Positions 31,692 through 42,320 of a stretch of DNA of 64,000 nucleotides are shown here, piece after piece; position 1 is the first letter of the stretch, and every line of letters begins with the position of its first letter. The notes below the pieces were generated by a model, which saw only the letters and a list, made by a program, of their open reading frames with translations, was not told the origin of the DNA and ran no database searches. This DNA comes from a bacterium. GTDB taxonomy: Bacteria; SZUA-182; DTGQ01; JAFGSM01. A program made the translations under genes and the position numbers. The stretch is taken from the NCBI GenBank assembly GCA_049472315.1, contig JBLIRN010000010.1:1-64000 (forward strand), given 5' to 3'.

Positions 31692-32774
31692 CTATAGTAC
31701 CTCCAAGCTGTCCCATTTTATTGCAGTCAGGGATTCACACCCCCCCTCCGTTACCACCACCATATCCTCCCACCGAATACCGAATGCATGTTCAAGGTAT
31801 ATCCCCGGCTCAATGGTGAAAATCATCCCCTCCCTTACGATGGTGTCCGATTTCGCGCTGATCCTTGGTTCTTCGTGGATCATGAGACCTACACCGTGTC
31901 CGGTGCCGTGACCGAAATATGCCTCGAATCCTGCATCACTGATGACCTTGCGTGCGGCGCCGTCGATATCCCTCGCACAGGCGCCGGGAGACACCTTGTC
32001 CATGGCCGCCCTTTGTGCCTCCCGCACAACCTCATACACATCCCGCATCTTTTCCTCCCGGGGAGGTTTCATGGCCATAACGCGGGTCATGTCCGAATGG
32101 TATCCCTGAAATACTGCCCCGCAGTCCACCAGGATGGAGCGGGCCTGCCCGATTGCGCGATTGGTTGGAGAGGAATGGGGAAAGGCGGAACGCTCGTCGG
32201 TCGCTATGATGATTTCAAATGCCGAACGCTGTGCCCCCGCCTTTTTCATCATATAATCCATTTCAACGGCCAAGTCCCTCTCCGTGATGCCGCTCGTATT
32301 GCCGATAATCCCGGGGACCTGATCCATGACCTCACCCAGTATCCTGGCGCTTGTTCGGATCAACTCCTGCTCGTCCTTGTCCTTGATGAGTCTCAATTGC
32401 TCCACACAATCCGCACAGGGTACAAGGGTAACGGAAGAGAGGGCGTCGGTCAATTGCCGGTGTGTGTCGACGGTAATATTCCTTGATTCGAAGCCGATAC
32501 GCCGCAATCCATGCTGCGCAAGCCACTGAGCGATGTCCTTTATCAATTCCCTGCATTCCATTGTTTCAATGCTGCAATCCTTCTCCTTCACCGCATTGAT
32601 ATATCTGAAATCGGTGAACAACACACCCCCACCCGAATAGGTACAGTAAATTCCTTCAACACCTTCCATACCGGTCAGATAGGTAATATTCTCCGGACAG
32701 GTCACCAGTATTCCATCGATGTCCATATCGGACAAGCTTGATTGCAGTGTGGTATTCCTCTTCTTATAACGCAC
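31692..32774 (-). CDS. Xaa-Pro aminopeptidase (M24 family)
   Basis: SDMTR, HGTGHGVG, HEEP and EPGIY motifs. Confidence 0.93.
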   Translation of the reverse strand: MRYKKRNTTLQSSLSDMDIDGILVTCPENITYLTGMEGVEGIYCTYSGGGVLFTDFRYINAVKEKDCSIETMECRELIKDIAQWLAQHGLRRIGFESRNITVDTHRQLTDALSSVTLVPCADCVEQLRLIKDKDEQELIRTSARILGEVMDQVPGIIGNTSGITERDLAVEMDYMMKKAGAQRSAFEIIIATDERSAFPHSSPTNRAIGQARSILVDCGAVFQGYHSDMTRVMAMKPPREEKMRDVYEVVREAQRAAMDKVSPGACARDIDGAARKVISDAGFEAYFGHGTGHGVGLMIHEEPRISAKSDTIVREGMIFTIEPGIYLEHAFGIRWEDMVVVTEGGCESLTAIKWDSLEVL

Positions 32775-32809
32775 CTAATTATTCCGTAACCGTTCGCCGT
32801 CGTTGCCCG

Positions 32810-33184
32810 CTATGAATCGGAACTCTTATGCACATCCAGCTTTGATTTCTTCATATTCTGACAGTTACGAAGCCATTGCTCCAATGTCGCAAGGATCTTT
32901 TGCCGTTTGTTGTTGTCGCTTCCCGTTCCGGAATGGCTCTCCTGAGGTGACGGTGGCGTGGTGCCGGGCTGCACCGCATCCACCATCGTCCGGATCTGCT
33001 TGAGCCTCATATTCCATTCCTGGCGATCGGGATGCTGAGTCAAGAGCTTTGTATATATCTCGATCGACCTCTCGAGAAACCCCTGGGAAAAATAGAGTTC
33101 AGCGAGGGTCGCCGTTATGATCTCTTCCTCTCCGTCATCGGTTGACGATGATCCTGGGGAGGGATTCTGCAGTTCTTCATTCAT
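32810..33184 (-). CDS. Small single-TPR protein
   Basis: TATLAELYFSQGFLERSIEIY...LEQWL pattern typical of genes upstream of pepP-accB-accC. Confidence 0.7.
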   Translation of the reverse strand: MNEELQNPSPGSSSTDDGEEEIITATLAELYFSQGFLERSIEIYTKLLTQHPDRQEWNMRLKQIRTMVDAVQPGTTPPSPQESHSGTGSDNNKRQKILATLEQWLRNCQNMKKSKLDVHKSSDS

Positions 33185-33812
33185 CGCATGTGCCCAGATT
33201 AATGATGACGATTGTTCCTCGGGAATTCACCCACAGGGACGGATCAAATCTCCTCATAGGCATCAAGAGCGTGCTCATATACATGTAATCGGCATAATTC
33301 GATCTTTTTGTGGATGATCATGACCGATTCCGTCACAAATATAACGAAAAATGGTAGCATTCTATGAACTATGTGTCAAGAAGGATAACATGTTAATTAT
33401 ATTGTCAGAAAAAGTCCTTCTGGTATTGGCAGCCCTTCGGCGGGGACCTTCGCAGCTACAGTTCCATACCAGATCCTGCCTGAATATTTAGTTTATAATA
33501 AAAAAAACTATAAATAATAAAAAGAAATTAAATTAGTATACCAAATGCCTCAAACAGTGTCAATTGATAATAATTTCCAGCAAGGATGCTCACATAGACA
33601 TATGCCTCCCAGGATCTGTCAAACTAATGGGAAAAGGGGGTGTGCCTGTGTGCAAGGGAGCCGAAACAAAAGGCCAGTCCCTTTCCCGCTCCCTATTGAG
33701 CAATAATGACTTTGACGAGACCTTGATATGGTCCAAACTTCATTGACATGCAGCGAGGGTATTGCATATACTACATCAAAACACCTTTCATCCCTGGACG
33801 AGGAATCGAAAT

Positions 33813-34847
33813 GTGAGTATTCGTGAGGAGCTTGAAAGAATCGAGGAGGCAACACTCTCTCCCAAGGCATGTTTGAGCATCAATACACGGGGTCGTCAAA
33901 CCCCGGAGGAGCCTTGTCCTATTCGCCCTGCCTTCCAGAGAGACAGGGACCGCATCATCCACTCCAAGTCCTTCCGTCGCCTAAAGCATAAAACCCAGGT
34001 ATTTCTGAGCCCCTTCGGTGATCATTACCGGACCAGGCTTACCCATACCCTGGAGGTCTCGCAGATTGCCCGTACCATTGCCAAGGCCCTCAAGCTGAAC
34101 GAGACCCTGACCGAGGCCATTGCCATGGGCCATGATCTCGGTCATACCCCCTTTGGGCACGCAGGGGAGGAGGTGCTCAATAGAATCCATCCGGGTGGAT
34201 TCAAGCACAATGAACAGAGCCTGAGGGTGGTGGAAAAGCTGGAGAAGGAGGGCAATGGATTGAACCTGACCGCGGAGGTGCGGGATGGTATCCTCCACCA
34301 CTCCAAGGGGAGAGGGGATATTCTCCCCAATGAAGGGAACAGGGCATTGACCATGGAGGGGGAGATTGTTCGTCTTGCCGATATCATGGCCTATGTGAAT
34401 CACGACATCGATGATGCGCTCAGGGCGGGAATTATCAAGCAGGAGGACCTTCCCCCGGAGGGCACGCGCATCCTCGGCAGCAGTGTTGCGGAAAGGATCG
34501 ACACCCTGGTGAAGGATGTCATCTACTCTACCTTGAGGTGCGACGTGGCGATAATCACCATGAGCGATGACGTGCTCACGGCCACCGACCTCCTTCGCAG
34601 ATTCCTGTACAACAATGTGTACTATAATCCGGTTACCAGGGCGGAGTTTGATAAGGCCTCCAAGATCATTCAAGAGCTCTATTCATACTATCTTGTCCAT
34701 TCGGAGCAGATTATCGCCCAGGGACCCCACGAGGAGGGGGAATGTACCGATAGACTCGTGTGTGACTTTATCGCAGGAATGACCGACCGGTATGCCCTCA
34801 TGACGTATGAAAAAGTCTTTCTTCCCCAGCCATGGATGGTCCTGTGA
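33813..34847 (+). CDS. dgt: Deoxyguanosinetriphosphate triphosphohydrolase (HD family)
   Basis: [21 protein letters not shown] and DFIAGMTD motifs; GTG start after GAGGA. Confidence 0.93.
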   Translation: MSIREELERIEEATLSPKACLSINTRGRQTPEEPCPIRPAFQRDRDRIIHSKSFRRLKHKTQVFLSPFGDHYRTRLTHTLEVSQIARTIAKALKLNETLTEAIAMGHDLGHTPFGHAGEEVLNRIHPGGFKHNEQSLRVVEKLEKEGNGLNLTAEVRDGILHHSKGRGDILPNEGNRALTMEGEIVRLADIMAYVNHDIDDALRAGIIKQEDLPPEGTRILGSSVAERIDTLVKDVIYSTLRCDVAIITMSDDVLTATDLLRRFLYNNVYYNPVTRAEFDKASKIIQELYSYYLVHSEQIIAQGPHEEGECTDRLVCDFIAGMTDRYALMTYEKVFLPQPWMVL

Positions 34848-35635
34848 TGAGACTGGCCATAATAATCCCTGCACGCTACGGATCGACACGGTTTGAAGGA
34901 AAGCCCCTTGCGCCCCTTCTGGGCAAGCCCATGATTCGGCATGTCTACGAGCGTGCGGCCATGGCCCGTCTGTCGGATTCAGTGGTGGTGGCGACCGACG
35001 ATGAACGAATCGCGTGCTCGGTGAAGGGTTTTGGGGGAACCGTGGTCATCACCTCAGGAAGCCATCAAACCGGCACGGATCGGATTGCGGAGGTGGCAGC
35101 AGGGCTCGACGTTGAATGGATTATAAACCTCCAGGGTGATGAACCCTTGATACAGCCGGAGGTAATCGACCTGCTTGCACGCTCCATGATGGGGGCCCCT
35201 CACGAGCATATGTTCAGCCTCATGCGTCCCGTGTGTACGGTTGATGAGTACATGAATCCCCATGCGGTAAAGGTGGTCACCGATCACCAGGGGTATGCAC
35301 TCTATTTTTCGCGGGCCCCGATTCCATGCCCTAAGGGTGGTTGGTCCCATCTGCAGGGCGTTTCCGAGGATCACCCGGCGGTGAAAAACGCCCATATCCA
35401 TTGCGGGATCTACGGCTACAGGAAGGACTTTCTCCTTACCATTCCATCGATGAGGCCGTCTGCATTGGAGTGCACGGAAGGTCTGGAGCAGCTCAGAATC
35501 CTTTCCAACGGGCACCGAATTGTGATGATCCGCACCGAATACCGGGCCATCGGGGTTGATACGCCCGAGGATATCGCGGTTGTTGAGGAACTGTTGAGAA
35601 GGGAAAAAAGATCGCTCATGCCCGGGGCAGGCTGA
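34847..35635 (+). CDS. kdsB: 3-deoxy-manno-octulosonate cytidylyltransferase
   Basis: IPARYGSTRFEGKPL, QGDEP and LEQLR motifs. Confidence 0.96.
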   Translation: MRLAIIIPARYGSTRFEGKPLAPLLGKPMIRHVYERAAMARLSDSVVVATDDERIACSVKGFGGTVVITSGSHQTGTDRIAEVAAGLDVEWIINLQGDEPLIQPEVIDLLARSMMGAPHEHMFSLMRPVCTVDEYMNPHAVKVVTDHQGYALYFSRAPIPCPKGGWSHLQGVSEDHPAVKNAHIHCGIYGYRKDFLLTIPSMRPSALECTEGLEQLRILSNGHRIVMIRTEYRAIGVDTPEDIAVVEELLRREKRSLMPGAG

Positions 35636-37790
35636 AAAGAACGCGGGTACCCCGGGGGTGGTTGTCTTCGATGATGAACTGGCCGTGGTGATCGACGATG
35701 ATACGGTTGACAATGGCGAGGCCGAGGCCGGTTCCCCCCTTTTTTCGTGAGAAATAAGGCTCCATCAGCTTATCCTTGTCCTCGGGGGAGATCCCGGTTC
35801 CCCAATCCGCGATTTGAACGGATACCATACTATCGTGATTGTTGAAAAATGTCCTGACCTGGAGCCGGCGATCATCCGTCATTGATTCATACCCATTATC
35901 CAACAGGTTGATCATGACGCGCTTTATCTGATCCCTGTCCATCATTACAGGCGGGAGGGACTCGTCGATAGCCACATTCACCGTGCAGTCGGGATGGATG
36001 GTGCCGTAAAGGGAAACCGTCTGGCTGACAAGCGTGCCCAGGTCCTCCGATTTCAGAATCGGATCGGGCATCCGGGCGAATTGTGCAAATTCATCGATAA
36101 GCGTCTTGAGCCCCTGTGATCCCTGAATGATGGTCTCCGTGCACTCCTGCATGAGATCCCGCTCCTTTCCTTCCAGGAACTGGAACTTCCTCCACAGCCG
36201 TTCTGCAGAAAGCTGAATGGGCGTGAGGGGATTCTTGATTTCATGGGCGAGGCGCCGTGCCACCTCCTGCCAGGTGGCGATTTTTTGGGCCTTGATCAAC
36301 TGGGTCAAATCATCAAATACGATCAGTAATCCCATCTCGCCCTCCTGGCTGTAGAGCTTGGCTATGCTCACCAGCAGGGTATTGGTCTGGCCACGAAGAC
36401 GGATATGGATCTCCTTATCGAATATGTCCTCCTTATCTCCCTTGCGCGAGTGGTCGATGATGTCCTTCAGGGGCCTGAGTGCATCCCTTCCAAATGCCTC
36501 ATGGTAGGAGCGATTCACCACCCTGCTTGTATGAAGCATCAGTGTCCTCTCAGCCGCAGGGTTTATGGAGGTGATTACGCCATTCATGTCCAGGGTGACC
36601 ACCCCCGAGGTAATGTTGGCAAGGACGGTCTCGATGTCCCTCCGCCGTCGGTCAAGCTCCAGATTGGTCTGCTGTATGCCCGAAAGTGCCCGTTTCAGGT
36701 CCTCGGTCATGCGATTGAAGGATTCCACGAGCATGCCGATTTCATCCTTGGCGTCAACCGCCACCTTATAATCCAGGTTTCCCAGGGACACCTCCTTGGT
36801 CCCCTCCGCGAGCTTTTGTATGGGGACGGTAATCCCCTTCGCCAGATAGATGCCGAACCATGTGGCGGAGAAGATGATCAGGAGGGTCATAAGAAGAAAG
36901 GTGATGAGATAGGTCATCTTGAGCGGCTTCTTGAATACCCGTCTCTTCTGGTATTCCTCATAGGCATTCTTTATATAGGTAATCTCATCCATAAGGCCGT
37001 ACGGGTCATAATAGTTGAAGAGGATGAGCCCCTCGACCGCCTTGCTGTCTTCCCGATAGATGGGAACGACCGCCTCGATAAGGTGCCCTTCGCCGGAACG
37101 CTGGATGATCGAGTACTCTTTTCCCTTCAATCCCTTCTCTATGAGCTCACTGTGGGATCCGGCAAATCGACCCATTGGAACGGATGAGGCGGGGAGATTG
37201 AGGACCTCCCTGCCGGAGTGGTCGAGCACCTTCACCGGGCCTAATTGGGATGAGATTTGATGGCGGGCGATCAATTGTTTCAGGCGGCCGTATTTATGAG
37301 GCGTCAACAGTTCGTTGGCCAGGATTTCATCGCTGATCGCCCTGGCAGAGGAAAATGCCTTTCCTATGGAGGAGGTGTAGTGCACCTGCGCAATGTGCAG
37401 TGATTGCTTGAGATATTCCTCATTATGGATATTAAACCAGCTTTCGATGCTCTTGCTGATGAGGTTGCTTCCTACCAGGAAGAGGAGAACTGCAGGGATC
37501 AGTGAGAGGCTTACGAATGCCAGGATCAGTTTTGTTCTGAACTTGGCCCCCAGAACATTCTGTTTGTGTTCGAAATATAATTTTATGAGATTCCTGAAAA
37601 CGAGGAGTATCAGGACGAGCAGGAGGATGATATTGAGGTTGAGGACAACGAGGACCTGAATGCTGCTGGGGAGATTTGCGCCTTCCCTCCATTGAAAAAG
37701 GTAGGTGAGTGAGATGAACAGGAGCAGGCCGACGGTGCAGATTGCGATAATCGGTAGTATGGGGTGTTTCTTTTTACGGGCCTTTTCCAT
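35616..37790 (-). CDS. ntrY: NtrY-like sensor histidine kinase (HAMP-PAS-HisKA-HATPase)
   Basis: AKFRTKL, WQEVARRLAHEIKNPLTPIQLSAERL and GTGLGL motifs. Confidence 0.9.
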   Translation of the reverse strand: MEKARKKKHPILPIIAICTVGLLLFISLTYLFQWREGANLPSSIQVLVVLNLNIILLLVLILLVFRNLIKLYFEHKQNVLGAKFRTKLILAFVSLSLIPAVLLFLVGSNLISKSIESWFNIHNEEYLKQSLHIAQVHYTSSIGKAFSSARAISDEILANELLTPHKYGRLKQLIARHQISSQLGPVKVLDHSGREVLNLPASSVPMGRFAGSHSELIEKGLKGKEYSIIQRSGEGHLIEAVVPIYREDSKAVEGLILFNYYDPYGLMDEITYIKNAYEEYQKRRVFKKPLKMTYLITFLLMTLLIIFSATWFGIYLAKGITVPIQKLAEGTKEVSLGNLDYKVAVDAKDEIGMLVESFNRMTEDLKRALSGIQQTNLELDRRRRDIETVLANITSGVVTLDMNGVITSINPAAERTLMLHTSRVVNRSYHEAFGRDALRPLKDIIDHSRKGDKEDIFDKEIHIRLRGQTNTLLVSIAKLYSQEGEMGLLIVFDDLTQLIKAQKIATWQEVARRLAHEIKNPLTPIQLSAERLWRKFQFLEGKERDLMQECTETIIQGSQGLKTLIDEFAQFARMPDPILKSEDLGTLVSQTVSLYGTIHPDCTVNVAIDESLPPVMMDRDQIKRVMINLLDNGYESMTDDRRLQVRTFFNNHDSMVSVQIADWGTGISPEDKDKLMEPYFSRKKGGTGLGLAIVNRIIVDHHGQFIIEDNHPRGTRVLFSLPRA

Positions 37791-38445
37791 GGTGGACTGA
37801 GGCCTGCTCGATCGTTTCGGGTCGTTTGGGAATGTCGTCAAGCGATACCCTGACCCAGGGGGTATCCACGTTCCACAATGCCACAAAGGCGAGGAGATAA
37901 TTCAGGGGGAAGGGGATCTTGATACATTTCATCTCGGCGCGAATCTCGAGGCAATAGCGGCCGTCGCGATCCTTTAATTCGGGTATGGCAAGGTGGACTT
38001 CTGAGAGCGAGCTCATCCAACGCACCATCTCGTTCCAGTCCGAAGTGGTAAGGTTTTCTTCACTACTCTCCGGATAGGAACGGATGGCAAGGTATTCCTT
38101 TTTCAAGACGTCGTAGGTCACGGTATGGTGAATGGTAAATTCCCGCACCTCCTTGTCAAACCAAAAGCCACGCCTTTTTATCACCCGGATCAGAAACTTG
38201 AACCTGGTTGGGGCGCCACTGGTGACCGCCTCCGTTATGTCCCGGGTAAATGCCCCTTCAATGGCTGCATCCAGGACAATCCCCTGTGAGGTTTTCATCG
38301 CCTGGATGTGGGTCAATCTGGCCTTTGCCCCCTCACAGGGGGTAACGCCAACCATGACGAGCAGACATACGGCATTGACCAGGACCATGGCCGGAATAGA
38401 CCATGGCGCATCCGTGTATTTCCGGATCGGACCGTGGCGGTTCAT
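37774..38445 (-). CDS. DUF4390 domain protein
   Basis: Signal-like segment; upstream of ntrY; ends PFPLNYLLAFVALWNVDTPW. The upstream ATG at 38481 lies inside an apparent insertion. Confidence 0.75.
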   Translation of the reverse strand: MNRHGPIRKYTDAPWSIPAMVLVNAVCLLVMVGVTPCEGAKARLTHIQAMKTSQGIVLDAAIEGAFTRDITEAVTSGAPTRFKFLIRVIKRRGFWFDKEVREFTIHHTVTYDVLKKEYLAIRSYPESSEENLTTSDWNEMVRWMSSLSEVHLAIPELKDRDGRYCLEIRAEMKCIKIPFPLNYLLAFVALWNVDTPWVRVSLDDIPKRPETIEQASVHHGKGP

Positions 38446-38457
38446 GGTACCTGTTCG

Positions 38458-38666
38458 CTCAATACTCGATGCCATATTCATGTTCCTTTGGTTCCAGAAT
38501 CAGGTTTGGCAGGTTTGGGGTCAGGTCTTGAATTGACAGTTTTTGCTCCGAAAATAGAATCATATTTTCATGCCTCGTGGTGCCACAAGGTGACATGAGG
38601 GTTTTTTGCCAAAAAACTGATATTTCAAGACCTGACCCCATTTTGTCATTCTCAATACTCGATGCC
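38458..38666. repeat. 16-bp direct repeat CTCAATACTCGATGCC at 38458..38473 and 38651..38666
   Basis: Exact duplication of the 3' end of the cobalamin adenosyltransferase gene (GIEY-stop), flanking the REP-like element. Confidence 0.85.
38516..38640. mobile_element. Composite REP/MITE-like element, copy A
   Basis: Terminal inverted repeats TGGGGTCAGGTCTTGAA...TTCAAGACCTGACCCCA with an internal TCATG...CATGA hairpin; near-identical copy at 56538..56661. Confidence 0.8.
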
Positions 38667-39215
38667 CCTTCGTGCCGTCAGTCCCTTTTGAAAGGGATGT
38701 TTTATCGACCTCATATCAGTGACCAGGTCCGCCATTGTGGTGAGTGCCTGGGTGGATCTGAGACCGGTCAGGATGATCTCCACCTGCTCCGGTTTGGTCC
38801 TGAGCAGGTCGACTATCTGACTCTCTTCTATCATATCTATATGGAGGGCTGTCAATAGTTCGTCAAAGATAAAGACATCATAGGCGATTTGGGCCATGAT
38901 CCCCCGGGCAAGGGACATCTCCTGCGCAATGAGATCCCGTTCCCGTTGCCTTTCCGTCGATGGAAGGGCGCCGTGAATGAATTCCGCTGTGTTGGGCCGA
39001 TGAAAGACGAACCAGGGGCCAAGCCGTTCAAAGATCGCTATTTCTCCTGAGAAGGAGGCCATCGGCTTGAGAAACTGCGCCATATATACCGCTAATCCCT
39101 GGCCCAGAGCCCTCACCGCCTGGCCGATGGCCGCAGTGGTTTTACCCTTGCCGTTTCCACAGTAAATCTGGATGATTCCCTTCTCCAACCGAGGGCCCGT
39201 GCGCTCATTTTCCAT
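38652..39215 (-). CDS. cobO: Cob(I)yrinic acid a,c-diamide adenosyltransferase (CobO/BtuR)
   Basis: GNGKGKTTAA, QFLK, DE..TAL, KHPF..G..ARRGIEY. Confidence 0.9.
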   Translation of the reverse strand: MENERTGPRLEKGIIQIYCGNGKGKTTAAIGQAVRALGQGLAVYMAQFLKPMASFSGEIAIFERLGPWFVFHRPNTAEFIHGALPSTERQRERDLIAQEMSLARGIMAQIAYDVFIFDELLTALHIDMIEESQIVDLLRTKPEQVEIILTGLRSTQALTTMADLVTDMRSIKHPFQKGLTARRGIEY

Positions 39216-39457
39216 TGTTTTCTGCCCGTATATCAAGAGGTTATGAGAAAGAATGAGAACGAAGTACCTTCGGGGCAGCGTGAACTTATTCTAACAAAAA
39301 ACAGCCCGGGTGTAAATCTTGCGTTCATGCCTGCCTTTCCGTCCTAACATAACCCTATGTTCACCCGGCGTATTGACCTTCGGAGCGGATATGGTAGATA
39401 ATATGCAGCGACATTGTGTCGTGCCTATCTATTTGCAACAAAGGGGGATACGTAACC

Positions 39458-41092
39458 ATGCCCGAAACCTTTTACGGTTCTTTTTGTCTCATCCTTCATT
39501 CCCACATTCCCTATGTGATGAACCATGGGCTCATGGGAGAGGAATGGCTTTTCGAGGCAACGGCCGAGACATACATCCCCCTTCTCAATATCTTCAATCG
39601 ATTGGTTCGTGAAGGGATTCAGCCGAAGGTTACCATCAATCTCTCCCCTGTACTGGCCGAGCAGCTCCACATGCCCCTGTTCGGAAAGCGGTTCAAGGAG
39701 TATTGCCGCCAGAAGATCGAATTCGCCATAAGGGACGCAGAGGCATTTCGCACCAAAGACAGTCATATGGCATGGCTGGCAAACCTGTGGAAGAAATTCT
39801 ATGGACGGACCCTCCGCATATTTACGGACGACTATGGGGAGGACCTTATCGGGGCGTTTAGAGAACTCACCCAGAAGGGCGCTATCGAGGTGATCACCTG
39901 CGGGGCTACACATGCCTATTTTCCCGCACTTCTTCGTGATCAAAGCATACATGCACAGGTGAAGATGGCGGCCAAGAGCCACGAGGAGCTCATCGGCTCG
40001 GGCGCCAAGGGCATCTGGCTTCCTGAATGCGGATACCGGCCTTCCGGGAGTTGGAGGCCGCCCTTTTCCAGGTATCGGAATTCCGTTTACTACAATCATC
40101 GACCAGGCATTGAGGAGATTTTGAGTCATAACGGCATGAGGTTTTTTGTCATCGATCAGGTGCAATTGCAGAGGGGCTCGCCCAAGGATATCGACCTCTC
40201 TCCCCTCGAGATCTTCTGGGTGAAGAACGGCTCGCATCCGGTAAGCGTGTTCGTCAGGGATTCAAAGATATCCGAGCAGATATGGAATCACCAGATCGGG
40301 TATCCCGGTGATCCCAGTTACCTGGAATTTCACAAGAAGCATTCACCAGGCCAGCACCGATATTGGAGGATTACCGACCGCAATCTGGACATGGCCTACA
40401 AGACACCCTATCATCCCCATGAGGTGAGAAGGGAACGGATACCCCAGCATGCCGGCCACTATAAATGGCTCATCAAAAGGGCCCTCATGCATCGCTTCCA
40501 CACCACGGGACAGGCGAGCCTGATTGTCACGGCCTTTGATTCCGAACTATTCGGCCATTGGTGGTTTGAGGGACCGACATGGCTCTACCAGTTGCTGAAA
40601 TGGGTCAGGAGCGATCCCGAGATATCCCTCTGCACCTGTTCGGAATATCTGGAAAGGCAATCACCACGGCATCTCATTCACCTTCCGGAGTCTTCATGGG
40701 GCAAGGGATACGACAGCAGTACATGGATCAACAGCCAGGTGGAATGGGTCTGGGAGAGGCTCTATTGGGCGGAGCTTGAAATGGGATATCTGGTGAACGG
40801 CCTCGGGTACAGGGAGGAAGAGGTCCTCAGGCGAATCCTTATCCAGGCGATCAGAGAGCTCCTTATCCTCCAGGCGTCGGACTGGGAATTTATGATAACG
40901 AACTGGAGCACCAAGGACTATGCGGAGCGACGCGTGGTCGAGCATCATGCGGATTTTGGCCGTCTGGCCAGGATGGCGTGGTCCTATGCCCAGGGAAACG
41001 GCATCAACGAGCCGGATGAACGATTCCTGAAGGATTGCGAGAACAGGGACTCCATTTTTTCTCACCCGGATCCGCTGTGGTACAAGGATTGA
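39458..41092 (+). CDS. GH57 1,4-alpha-glucan branching enzyme-like protein (DUF1957)
   Basis: LHSHIPYV, WLPECGY, FDSELFGHWW and QASDW motifs. Confidence 0.9.
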   Translation: MPETFYGSFCLILHSHIPYVMNHGLMGEEWLFEATAETYIPLLNIFNRLVREGIQPKVTINLSPVLAEQLHMPLFGKRFKEYCRQKIEFAIRDAEAFRTKDSHMAWLANLWKKFYGRTLRIFTDDYGEDLIGAFRELTQKGAIEVITCGATHAYFPALLRDQSIHAQVKMAAKSHEELIGSGAKGIWLPECGYRPSGSWRPPFSRYRNSVYYNHRPGIEEILSHNGMRFFVIDQVQLQRGSPKDIDLSPLEIFWVKNGSHPVSVFVRDSKISEQIWNHQIGYPGDPSYLEFHKKHSPGQHRYWRITDRNLDMAYKTPYHPHEVRRERIPQHAGHYKWLIKRALMHRFHTTGQASLIVTAFDSELFGHWWFEGPTWLYQLLKWVRSDPEISLCTCSEYLERQSPRHLIHLPESSWGKGYDSSTWINSQVEWVWERLYWAELEMGYLVNGLGYREEEVLRRILIQAIRELLILQASDWEFMITNWSTKDYAERRVVEHHADFGRLARMAWSYAQGNGINEPDERFLKDCENRDSIFSHPDPLWYKD

Positions 41093-41116
41093 TTGCGTCA
41101 CAATCCCTTAATTGAC

Positions 41117-41145
41117 TTGACAAAAGATGTTTATCCTCATAAAAT
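41117..41145 (+). promoter_or_regulatory. Sigma-70-like promoter of rplM
   Basis: TTGACA-N17-TAAAAT. Confidence 0.7.
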
Positions 41146-41207
41146 ATAAAGTCGATTTTGTTTACGCGGTACTCTGTAACCCTTTCCGAAATTAAAGGAT
41201 ATGAAGG

Positions 41208-41654
41208 ATGAGAAAGACATTTAGCGCTAAAAAGGAAGAGGCCGTAAGGGACTGGTATGTGATCGATGCCTCCGATATGGTCCTGGGACGCTTGGCCACG
41301 AACATTGCCACCATCCTGCGGGGGAAGAACAAACCCACCTATACCCCTCACGTGGATACCGGTGATTTTGTGATTGTGGTCAATGCGGACAAGATACGCC
41401 TGACAGGGAGAAAGTGGCAGCAGAAGGTATACTATCGGCATTCCGGCTATCCAGGCGGGCTGAAGACGATTACCGCCATGAAGGTGAACGAGAAAAAACC
41501 CGATTTCATGATTAAACATGCGGTCCGTGGAATGCTTCCCAAGAATAAGCTTGGACGCAAGCAGATCAAGAAGCTGAAGGTTTATGCGGGGCCGCACCAT
41601 AAACATGAGGCTCAGTGTCCGAAGTCTTTGAGCCTTGCACCTGTTTCTTCATAA
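41208..41654 (+). CDS. rplM: 50S ribosomal protein L13
   Basis: [33 protein letters not shown]. Confidence 0.98.
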   Translation: MRKTFSAKKEEAVRDWYVIDASDMVLGRLATNIATILRGKNKPTYTPHVDTGDFVIVVNADKIRLTGRKWQQKVYYRHSGYPGGLKTITAMKVNEKKPDFMIKHAVRGMLPKNKLGRKQIKKLKVYAGPHHKHEAQCPKSLSLAPVSS

Positions 41655-41663
41655 TATACAGCC

Positions 41664-42305
41664 ATGGATGAGGAAAAAAGGGAGGCGAATGGGGAAGGGA
41701 TGCCCGGTCACGATTCCGGTTACCGAAGAAAGCGATTCTATATTCAGAGGATGTTTCAGGCAAAATTCATCCTTGCCTTCCTTCTGCTGGTGATTATCGG
41801 CAGCATCATATCGGGGATAATTTTTTATACCAAGGCCAATACCTATCTGGGATATCACTATGGTATGGCGCATTTGAAGCTGAAAAAGACAGGGGAGATC
41901 CTTCAGCCGGCCCTCTTTATCTCGTACGGCATAGGTGTTGTTTTGATAGGGATTGCCACCATCTTTTTAACCATTTTCATTTCCCACAAGGTTGCCGGTC
42001 CGCTGTACCGCTTCGAGCGCAGTGCAGAGGAGATCGGGAAGGGGAACCTCACGCTGGTGACCCGTATCAGGGGTACGGATCAGGCAAGGGATCTGGCGGA
42101 TGCCCTGAGCCGCATGACGAGTGAATTGAGGAGTAAATTGCTCGAAATTGACACCAATGCCAAAAGGCTTCACCATGTTGTCGAGACCATGGGCAGTCTG
42201 ATGGAAAGGACGCCATCCGATATGATTGAGATTAAAATGGAATTTGAGGAGCTAAAGCAGGTAACGCAGAATCTGAATCAAGCTGTCCAATATTTTAAGC
42301 TTTAG
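41664..42305 (+). CDS. Two-TM HAMP-domain membrane protein with short coiled-coil tail
   Basis: RRKRFYI..FQAKFI-TM...TM-SHKVAGPLYRFE HAMP entry; no complete MCP signalling domain. Confidence 0.8.
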   Translation: MDEEKREANGEGMPGHDSGYRRKRFYIQRMFQAKFILAFLLLVIIGSIISGIIFYTKANTYLGYHYGMAHLKLKKTGEILQPALFISYGIGVVLIGIATIFLTIFISHKVAGPLYRFERSAEEIGKGNLTLVTRIRGTDQARDLADALSRMTSELRSKLLEIDTNAKRLHHVVETMGSLMERTPSDMIEIKMEFEELKQVTQNLNQAVQYFKL

Positions 42306-42320
42306 GAATCATGAGCCGAG

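Noticed and set aside
33244..33321. Short minus-strand ORF ending in TGA upstream of the TPR gene, as a second read-through candidate
   Set aside because: No Cys-containing homologue to align, a TAA follows soon after, and there is no convincing hairpin.
38459..38641. 60-aa ORF MGSGLEI...QDLTP...GIEY
   Set aside because: A translation of the palindromic element plus the duplicated cobO end; unlikely to be a real gene.
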